64,000 nucleotides of DNA from an uncultured Bacteroidaceae bacterium (GTDB taxonomy: Bacteria; Bacteroidota; Bacteroidia; Bacteroidales; GCA-2748055), in the NCBI GenBank assembly GCA_964528675.1, contig CAZGTU010000012.1, positions 6,477 through 70,476 on the forward strand, given 5' to 3'. The notes under the pieces were generated by a model, which did not search any database, was not told the origin of the DNA, and saw only the letters and a program-made list of their open reading frames with translations. A program made the translations under genes and the position numbers. Positions within the stretch are counted from its first letter, which is position 1, and each line of letters starts with the position of its first letter. Shown piece after piece: positions 18,841-25,229 of the stretch.

Positions 18841-19044
18841 TCAAGTGTTATTTTCTTTTTCGCCCAGAACCTGAAGCATTAAAGGATAAGCCTGATGCAT
18901 GGTGTTTTTAACAACATTGAATACCAGTCTTCGGTAATGATGTAAACGGTTTTCAATCACTCCGGGTATATTTTGGTTTACACCCGTGCGACAATATTCT
19001 CCAAGCTGATTTTGAGCTTTAGCCGTGGGTTTTTGAAGATTCAT
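18841..19044 (-). CDS. DUF2063 (MbnC/BufC/HvfC-like) N-terminal fragment, 67 aa
   Basis: RLHHYRRLVFNVVKNTMHQAYPLMLQVLGE matches the R..YRNN....AL...YP....LG block at the N-terminus of DUF2063 proteins. The ORF stops immediately afterwards, and only 49 nt remain before the convergent neighbouring gene. It overlaps the MNIO gene by 26 nt. Confidence 0.55.
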   Translation of the reverse strand: MNLQKPTAKAQNQLGEYCRTGVNQNIPGVIENRLHHYRRLVFNVVKNTMHQAYPLMLQVLGEKENNT

Positions 19045-19864
19045 GATATACCTCCCAATGACTTTTTGTTATTTGTCTAAGCTTTGATAATTCGGCATTC
19101 AGGGCATCCATCTCATTGAAATTGTAATCTCTCTCCAGTAAAACCGGAACCGGTTTCATTTTGCTCACGGTCCATTCAAATAACTCATAAACCGGATCGA
19201 TAATTGGTTGTCCATGGGTGTCAATAATGAGATCAGGTTCTACCTGCTCATGGCCGGCCATATGAATATAGGCAACCTTATCCAGGGGTAATTGAGATAT
19301 GAAATGGTAAGGATCATACTTGTGATTAAATCCATTGACATAAACATTATTTACATCAAGGAGTAGTTGACAATCGGCTTCTTTTACGATTTCTTTTATA
19401 AAATCCAATTCACTCATCTCTGCAGCAACAGGTGTGTAATACGATACGATTTCAATTGCAATATTCCTTTCAAGTATTTCCTGTGCCTGCCTTATTCTGC
19501 CAGCCACATGATAGACCGCATCTTCTCTGAAAGGTATTGGAAGAAGATCATACATGTGCGCGTTCTGACTTTTTGTATAACTCAGATGTTCAGAAAAGAT
19601 CTGTACATCGTATTTAATGAGGAATTTTTTCAATTCATCCAGAAAATCCATGTCTAGCTCATCCGGACTGCCCAGAGACATGGAAAGTCCGTGACAGGTG
19701 ACCGGGTATTTTTCCGATGCTCTCTCAAGGATCTTTTTCCAGTAGCCTCCGATCCCCATCCAATTTTCCGGGGCGAATTCGATAAAATCCGGATTTAGTT
19801 TGTCCGAATCTAACAAGGTATCTGCGATATCTCTTCTAAAACCTATTCCTGTTGATGTTTTCAT
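19019..19864 (-). CDS. DUF692 / MNIO (multinuclear non-heme iron oxidative) RiPP maturase, MbnB/BufB/HvfB-like
   Basis: MKTSTGIGFRRDIADTLL...PDFIEFAPENWMGIGG...CHGLSMSLGS...FSEHLSY...HMAGH...LERDYNF is the typical DUF692 TIM-barrel pattern. ATG 19864 is preferred over the GTG at 19888 used by the track. Confidence 0.88.
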   Translation of the reverse strand: MKTSTGIGFRRDIADTLLDSDKLNPDFIEFAPENWMGIGGYWKKILERASEKYPVTCHGLSMSLGSPDELDMDFLDELKKFLIKYDVQIFSEHLSYTKSQNAHMYDLLPIPFREDAVYHVAGRIRQAQEILERNIAIEIVSYYTPVAAEMSELDFIKEIVKEADCQLLLDVNNVYVNGFNHKYDPYHFISQLPLDKVAYIHMAGHEQVEPDLIIDTHGQPIIDPVYELFEWTVSKMKPVPVLLERDYNFNEMDALNAELSKLRQITKSHWEVYHESSKTHG

Positions 19865-19880
19865 GATTTTTTGTTTTAAA

Positions 19881-19961
19881 GAATTCACGTTGGGTTCCCA
19901 GTCTTAACATACACCCAATGACATTCAAACTTCTCATCGACCGGTATCCGAACGTGAATTC
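19881..19961 (-). promoter_or_regulatory. intercistronic stem-loop between the precursor gene and the MNIO gene
   Basis: Perfect 11-bp inverted repeat: GAATTCACGTT at 19881-19891 and AACGTGAATTC at 19951-19961. The 59-nt loop contains a smaller TTGGGT/ACCCAA stem. Confidence 0.45.
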
Positions 19962-19982
19962 TAAGATTTCATACTGCCTTTT

Positions 19983-20393
19983 TTAACCGCATTTTCCTTC
20001 GCCGCATTTTGCTTCGGGTGTTTTTCCTTCAGCTTCTTTGGATTTCTTTTTTCCTTCTTTTTTAGCGGATTCGGCCTTTTTAGCATCTGACTTTTTGTCT
20101 TCAGCTTTTTTTTCCTCAGTTTTTTTCGCTTCTTTTTTCTTTTTTTCATTTTCTTCTTCTGACTTTCCTTCTCCACACTTTCCTTCTCCGAATTTATAGT
20201 TATTCTCATTATGGAGAATATCCGGCGCATTGAGATTCATAATTTCACTTCTGACTTCAGCTCCTGAGCCCATGGCAGAATAATCAGGTATTTCTGCCTT
20301 TGTCTCATTAGCTGCAAAGCTTGTGAGAGAAGAAGTAAGAATAGCTCCTGTTAATAATGAAGCGGACATAAGGATGTTTTTCTCTTTTTTCAT
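19983..20393 (-). CDS. secreted Cys-motif RiPP precursor, HvfA/bufferin-like metallophore candidate
   Basis: 136 aa with a Sec signal peptide (MKKEKNILMSASLLTGAILTSSLTSFA). There are only three Cys (73, 130, 135), all in (E)GKCG contexts: GEGKCGEGK and a C-terminal AKCGEGKCG. A K/E-rich spacer of about 50 aa separates them. The gene lies directly upstream of the DUF692 gene. Confidence 0.72.
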   Translation of the reverse strand: MKKEKNILMSASLLTGAILTSSLTSFAANETKAEIPDYSAMGSGAEVRSEIMNLNAPDILHNENNYKFGEGKCGEGKSEEENEKKKKEAKKTEEKKAEDKKSDAKKAESAKKEGKKKSKEAEGKTPEAKCGEGKCG

Positions 20394-20468
20394 AACAAAT
20401 TAATTTTAAATTTTGTATTGGATTCATTTTATTAGTCGATAGCAAAATGATTTCCTTACAGAATTTAA

Positions 20469-20556
20469 AAAAAATCTTCCTGTTCCGCCCAGGCGGATAC
20501 AGGGTAAAAAACAGGAAGATTTTTTAATGTGTCAAAGTAGATCTAATTAGTGTCTG
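20469..20556. repeat. hairpin module related to the 14435 family; functions as a terminator on the minus strand
   Basis: 15-bp perfect stem AAAAAATCTTCCTGT (20469-20483) / ACAGGAAGATTTTTT (20511-20525) encloses TCCGCC-CA-GGCGGA. On the minus strand the stem is followed by a T-run. CTAATTAGTGTCTG at 20543-20556 is identical to 14434-14447. Confidence 0.55.
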
Positions 20557-20595
20557 AAAAAAGTGTTGAAGATCCCGGTAATAAATGTTATAGGA

Positions 20596-20889
20596 TTATT
20601 TGAGTTCTTTGAGGACACGGGTTTTAATTCTTTTCTTCTCACTGGAGTTTAGATGATGATGTTTTCCTGCTTCAAGATGTTTTTGAAAATATTCGTCCAG
20701 TATTCTGATATCTCTGGCATAGCGTAAACAATATTTACAGCTAAGCAAATGAATACGCAAATTCATCCTTTCTTTAAAATTCAGTTTATTGTCTCTTGAT
20801 TTAGAAGCAAGGTAGGTGGCTTCATCGCATGCAATCATCATCCTGGCAAGCTTTGCCATCATTTTATTTCTGAGAGAATTATTATTCAC
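20596..20889 (-). CDS. putative zinc-binding (ZAS-type) anti-sigma factor, cytoplasmic
   Basis: 97 aa with the HxxxCxxC motif (IHLLSCKYCL), no transmembrane segment, and a His run (GKHHHL). Located immediately downstream of the ECF sigma gene. Confidence 0.55.
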   Translation of the reverse strand: MNNNSLRNKMMAKLARMMIACDEATYLASKSRDNKLNFKERMNLRIHLLSCKYCLRYARDIRILDEYFQKHLEAGKHHHLNSSEKKRIKTRVLKELK

Positions 20890-20935
20890 GATATTATATA
20901 TTTCTATTAATTCAATGCGTCTTTTAGGTCTGTAA

Positions 20936-21586
20936 TTATTTCTCCATCCATTTTTTTTCCAGGCATTGCCGAATTTTCAAACGGGCTCTATGCAGTAATA
21001 CCCACAAATTTGACGATGTAATTTCTAATTCCTTACAGATTTCCTCGCTTTCACATTCCTCTATGATTTTCAAAGTAAAGGCAGCTGCCCATTTCTGTGG
21101 AAGAAAAGAAATGCATAATTCCAGTATTTTCTGAAACTCATCTCTTTCGATCATTTCTTCAATATTAAAGCCGGATTTTCCCGGAGCTGCATCTTTTTTC
21201 CAATGTCCCTTAAAAGGTCCTTCCTGCTGAAATGGTAAATTTTCACCTCCCACTTCCCAGTTCTTATCAATGATCATTTTTTCTCTCGAAGTACCGGCTT
21301 TACGATAATGATCAATTATTTTATTTTTCAGGATTGAAGTCAGCCATGTTTTTTCCTTGCTCTCACCTTTAAATTTTTCTTTTGACTTGAGGGCGGACAG
21401 AAAAGTTTCCTGAACCAGATCTTCGGAAAGTTCTCTTTGAAATACTCTGCTCATAGCGTAACTGAAGAGATAATCCCCATATTTCTCTGTCCAGAGGGAA
21501 GGATCGGATATATTACCTGGTTTTTTCACAGTCATTTCAGAAGGCAATATAGATTTTTGAAATGAAAATAACAATTTTGTATACAT
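20936..21586 (-). CDS. ECF-type sigma-70 family RNA polymerase sigma factor
   Basis: Region 2 (DLVQETFLSAL...) and region 4 (ICKELEITSSNLWVLLHRARLKIRQCL) are recognisable. The real start is probably ATG 21535 (MTVKKPG...). Confidence 0.88.
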   Translation of the reverse strand: MYTKLLFSFQKSILPSEMTVKKPGNISDPSLWTEKYGDYLFSYAMSRVFQRELSEDLVQETFLSALKSKEKFKGESKEKTWLTSILKNKIIDHYRKAGTSREKMIIDKNWEVGGENLPFQQEGPFKGHWKKDAAPGKSGFNIEEMIERDEFQKILELCISFLPQKWAAAFTLKIIEECESEEICKELEITSSNLWVLLHRARLKIRQCLEKKWMEK

Positions 21587-21624
21587 TCGTTAAAAACATA
21601 AAGCCTTAAATACTTGTTGACTCT

Positions 21625-21721
21625 ATTACTGAAGTTTCGCACTTATCAATAAATGTTGCCACAGATCCTCCAAAGGCGGACAGGTTCACAGATTAAGAAT
21701 TTTAATCAAATGCGAAACTTT
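21625..21721. repeat. element of about 95 bp bounded by GAAGTTTCGCA / TGCGAAACTT inverted termini
   Basis: CTGAAGTTTCGCA near 21629-21641 pairs with TGCGAAACTTTAG near 21708-21720 (13 bp, one G:T). Its left end (21625-21651) recurs in inverted form at 24076-24102. Confidence 0.5.
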
Positions 21722-21748
21722 AGTCTATTATTAAAAGAGCATAGATAA

Positions 21749-22183
21749 ATGAATAAAATATTTTTTATTTTGATTTCAGTATTATCCACTTTCTCAGCTA
21801 GTGCTCAGGGGCATTCTGATTTAAGGGTTGAGATTGAAGGGCTTAGAAATCAAGAAGGTAAAATCAGCATTACTCTTTTCAACAGTCCCGAAGGATTCCC
21901 TGAGGATATAGACAAGGCGTATAAATGGAAAACGCAGGATTTAAATGAAGAGAAGCCGGTATTCACTTTTGAGGGTCTTCCAGCAGGTGAGTACGCTTAT
22001 GCAATTCTGCATGATGAAGATGGTGATGGGGAAATGAAAAAGAATCTGCTTGGAATTCCCAGGGAAGGATTTGGTTTTTCAAATAATTACAAACCCAGAA
22101 TAAAAAACCCATCGTTTCAGGACGCTTCATTTTCTCTAAGCGGTGGATCCGAAACACACCAGATTGAAATCATATATTTTTAA
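21749..22183 (+). CDS. DUF2141 domain-containing secreted protein
   Basis: 144 aa with a signal peptide. The pattern L.VEIEGLRN.EGKI.I.LFNS...FP...GEYAYA.LHDEDGDGEM..N.LGIPREGFGFSNN is typical of DUF2141. Confidence 0.78.
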   Translation: MNKIFFILISVLSTFSASAQGHSDLRVEIEGLRNQEGKISITLFNSPEGFPEDIDKAYKWKTQDLNEEKPVFTFEGLPAGEYAYAILHDEDGDGEMKKNLLGIPREGFGFSNNYKPRIKNPSFQDASFSLSGGSETHQIEIIYF

Positions 22184-22251
22184 TCAATGAGGACACCCTA
22201 AAACGAAGATTTTGGCAATAAAGATGCTTTTTAGATTGGGCTCATCAATAG

Positions 22252-23022
22252 TTAAATCGCAGATAAGAGGCCTCCATCCACATAAATTATTTGCCCGTTG
22301 ACAAAATTACTGGCTTCTGATGCGAGATAAAGTGCTGTTCCGCATAATTCTTCCGGATCGCCCCATCGGCCTGCAGGAGTTCGGCCCTTAATCCATGCAT
22401 CAAATTTTTCATCCTCTACAAGTTTCTTTGTCATCTCAGTTGCAAAATAACCCGGTCCGATGCCATTTATTTGAATGTTGTGTTTCGCCCATTCAACACT
22501 CATAGCTTTCGTTAGCATTTTGAGTCCCCCTTTTGCCGCGGCATAAGCGCCTGTAGTGTTTCTTCCAAGTTCACTCATAAGCGAGCAGGTATTGATAATT
22601 TTACCTTTTTTTTGTTTGATCATGTTCTTTGCAACTGACTTTGATACAATAAAAGCACCGGAAAGATTAACCTTCAAAACCTCTTCCCAGTCGTTTAATG
22701 CCAGTTCCTCCAGTGGGGCTCTTCGCTGAATTCCTGCATTGTTTATTAATACATCCACCGGTCCGGTAGATTTTTCTATTATTTTCATTTCTCTTTCAAC
22801 CGCTTCTTCATCAAAAACATCAAAGGTGGCGGTATGAACAATATTGCTGAATTCCTGCATCTTTTTTTTTGCTTCTTCGAGGCTATCCCTGTTCCTGCCG
22901 TTAATAATGACTTTTGCTCCATTTTCCGCAAATGCCTGTGCGAAGGTAAAACCCAGTCCCCGGCTGGAACCTGTGATTAAAACAACCTTATCCTTAACTG
23001 AAAAGATATTTTTTTCATTCAT
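22252..23022 (-). CDS. SDR family oxidoreductase (gluconate 5-dehydrogenase-like)
   Basis: TGSSRGLG Rossmann motif, NNAG, and the YAAAKGG catalytic Tyr-x3-Lys. ATG 23022 (MNEKNIF...) is preferred over the longer track ORF. Confidence 0.85.
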   Translation of the reverse strand: MNEKNIFSVKDKVVLITGSSRGLGFTFAQAFAENGAKVIINGRNRDSLEEAKKKMQEFSNIVHTATFDVFDEEAVEREMKIIEKSTGPVDVLINNAGIQRRAPLEELALNDWEEVLKVNLSGAFIVSKSVAKNMIKQKKGKIINTCSLMSELGRNTTGAYAAAKGGLKMLTKAMSVEWAKHNIQINGIGPGYFATEMTKKLVEDEKFDAWIKGRTPAGRWGDPEELCGTALYLASEASNFVNGQIIYVDGGLLSAI

Positions 23023-23205
23023 ATTTTTTTGATTTAAAAAGATGACATATAAATCATACTGAAATTTTAAATCAATTATACGAAAAACTCCCTCTTTATC
23101 CAAGGAAGATTTATGCTGCCATTACCCCGAAAATATTAAAATTTGAAGTACAGAATATTTCAAGATCCTATATCTATTGATATAAGACTTTCACTATATA
23201 GTAAT

Positions 23206-23772
23206 CTATCCATCCTTTGTTTGCTGCTTATAATAATCTTCGAAGGTCATCTCTTCATATATTTCCTCTGCCAGAAAGGTCAAAATAATGGCTAAATCTT
23301 CTGCAGATTTATATCCGGGAAGGGGTTGGATCATATTCATTTCTTCGTCAAGGAAAACAAGACTTGGATATGAAGGACGATTGTTAAGCAAGGCCATCGA
23401 AAGTTGATGAACACCCCTGGGGCCATTTTCAATATACTTGAATTCCTGTCCTTTGAAGTTCACCGTTTCTTTTGATTCCCCATTGAAACTTACCGGTATG
23501 AATTCTTCATTCAGAAGCTGAATGACTTTCTCATCCTGGAAAGTTGTATTTTTCAAGCGTGTACACCAACCACACCAGTCTGTATAAACATAAACAAAAT
23601 ACTTTTTATCTGAGTTCTTAAGATCAATTGCCTCTTCGAACGACATCCATTGGATTTCAGTATTTTTCTCTCTTTCAGGAGATTCATTTTCCATGTTTTC
23701 AGGTCCTGCTGAAAAAGACAGCATCAAAAAAGCCGAAAGAAATACAATACCTGGATATTTAATTGTTTTCAT
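23206..23772 (-). CDS. thioredoxin-fold protein (DUF255-like), secreted
   Basis: Signal peptide MKTIKYPGIVFLSAFLMLSFS and CxxC motif (DWCGWCTRL). ATG 23772 is preferred over the track start at 23904. Confidence 0.72.
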   Translation of the reverse strand: MKTIKYPGIVFLSAFLMLSFSAGPENMENESPEREKNTEIQWMSFEEAIDLKNSDKKYFVYVYTDWCGWCTRLKNTTFQDEKVIQLLNEEFIPVSFNGESKETVNFKGQEFKYIENGPRGVHQLSMALLNNRPSYPSLVFLDEEMNMIQPLPGYKSAEDLAIILTFLAEEIYEEMTFEDYYKQQTKDG

Positions 23773-24075
23773 ATTTACTTTTGTTTTTATTTTACAAATA
23801 TATAAAAATATAGATAAATAAATATAAAGATTCATGAATAAATAATTCCTGGAAAAGAAAATACATTTCATTAGCACAGGGCATAGTGTTGTGTATTTGA
23901 GCAATATGATGAACCCTTTTTTTTTTGTTTAACTATCAACGTTTTTAATTACATTTTTAACTACGTTGATAGTGGCAGAAATTGCTTCCGCGATATCCGG
24001 TATGTACTCGTGGAAAGCTTCACGGATGGAGTGCGGAGGGGCATGACTTATTTGTCAGTGAACTTTTTTTTTAAA

Positions 24076-24102
24076 TATTGATAAGTGCGAAACTTCAGTA
24101 AT
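24076..24102. repeat. solo inverted copy of the 21625-21651 repeat end
   Basis: Positions 24076-24102 are the exact reverse complement of 21625-21651 (27 nt, ATTACTGAAGTTTCGCACTTATCAATA). Confidence 0.7.
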
Positions 24103-24376
24103 TAAAAAAAGCCCGGGAATTTTGTGAATACCTTCCGGGTAGGTGAGGAATTTGTATCAAAGGCCGGATAGTAAATAATTTTGTGGAAAATTATTCCTCT
24201 TATGTTCAAATAAACCACATCAATTTGTCCCGCTGTGATTTTATCAACTGAAAAATTCATCATACTAATCCCTGTTAAATAAGGTATTCGCACCAATACC
24301 TAATTTTTTTTAGGTTTTTGGAATGATAATGGTCGTCCATTATTTCACAATTATGTAAAATTAAAAAATCAGTATT

Positions 24377-25147
24377 ATGAATCGCTTAAAAGATAAAGTA
24401 GCAATTGTTACAGGAGGTGCTCTTGGAATTGGCAGGGCAGCAGCTTACCAGATGGCCCGGGAAGGAGCCCTTGTTATAATCACGGATATTCTGGATGAAG
24501 AAGGTATTAAAGTTAGGGATGAAATTATACATGAAGGAAACAAAGCCGAATACGCTCATCTTGATGTTTCCTCGGAAAAGGAGGTCATTGATACATTTTC
24601 TAAAGTTAATGGCGATCATGAACGAATTGATATCCTGGTAAATAATGCCGGCATTGCCGGTGCAAATAAACCAACGCATGAATTGACCGAGGAAGAATGG
24701 GATAAGGTCATGAATATCAATGAAAAAGGAGTTTTTCTATGTACTAAGCATGCAATACCTTATATGAAAAAAAATGGAAAGGGCAGCATTATTAATTTGT
24801 CTTCTATTTATGGAATTGTAAGTGCACCTGACATTCCAGCATATCATGCATCCAAGGGTGCCGTCAGATTAATGACAAAGACCGATGCCCTTCTTTATGC
24901 AAAAGATAACATAAGGGTGAATTCGGTTCATCCGGGATATATCTGGACCCCTCTTGTTGAGAAAATGGGTGAAGAATCTGAAGAAGGAGTGGATGAATTC
25001 AGGAAGAATCTTGATAAGATGCATCCATTGGGACACATAGGTGAACCCGAAGACATTGCACATGGTATTGTTTATCTTGCCTCGGATGAAGCCAAATTTG
25101 TCACCGGCAGCGAAATGGTAATTGATGGAGGTTATACCTGTAAGTAA
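24377..25147 (+). CDS. SDR family oxidoreductase (glucose 1-dehydrogenase / 3-oxoacyl-ACP reductase-like)
   Basis: TGGALGIG, NNAG, S...YHASKGA, and a PG..WTP motif. Confidence 0.88.
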   Translation: MNRLKDKVAIVTGGALGIGRAAAYQMAREGALVIITDILDEEGIKVRDEIIHEGNKAEYAHLDVSSEKEVIDTFSKVNGDHERIDILVNNAGIAGANKPTHELTEEEWDKVMNINEKGVFLCTKHAIPYMKKNGKGSIINLSSIYGIVSAPDIPAYHASKGAVRLMTKTDALLYAKDNIRVNSVHPGYIWTPLVEKMGEESEEGVDEFRKNLDKMHPLGHIGEPEDIAHGIVYLASDEAKFVTGSEMVIDGGYTCK

Positions 25148-25193
25148 TTCAATAAAGGCTGTCTTCTTAAAAACCCCAAGAACCCCTTAAGAC

Positions 25194-25218
25194 CTTCGAG
25201 GTTTTCAAAACCTCGAAG
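25194..25218. terminator. bidirectional hairpin between convergent genes
   Basis: CTTCGAGGTTTT-C-AAAACCTCGAAG forms a 12-bp perfect stem between the SDR stop (25147) and the MutS-like stop (25230). Confidence 0.55.
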
Positions 25219-25229
25219 ATCTCTGGTAA

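Noticed and set aside
19961-20230. 89-aa Lys-rich ORF on the minus strand
   Set aside because: It is an alternative frame of the AAG/GAA-rich spacer of the precursor gene (19983-20393). It has no signal or motif of its own and is a compositional artefact.
22844-23103. Longer N-terminal extensions of the SDR (to 23103) and thioredoxin-fold (to 23904) ORFs
   Set aside because: The extensions encode AT-rich, low-complexity or hydrophobic junk upstream of canonical N-termini (a Rossmann-fold start and a signal peptide respectively). The internal ATGs are preferred.
24102-24296. 64-aa minus-strand ORF in the long spacer upstream of the SDR gene
   Set aside because: It has no motifs and atypical composition, and it spans several hairpin repeats. 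It is more likely non-coding structured DNA.
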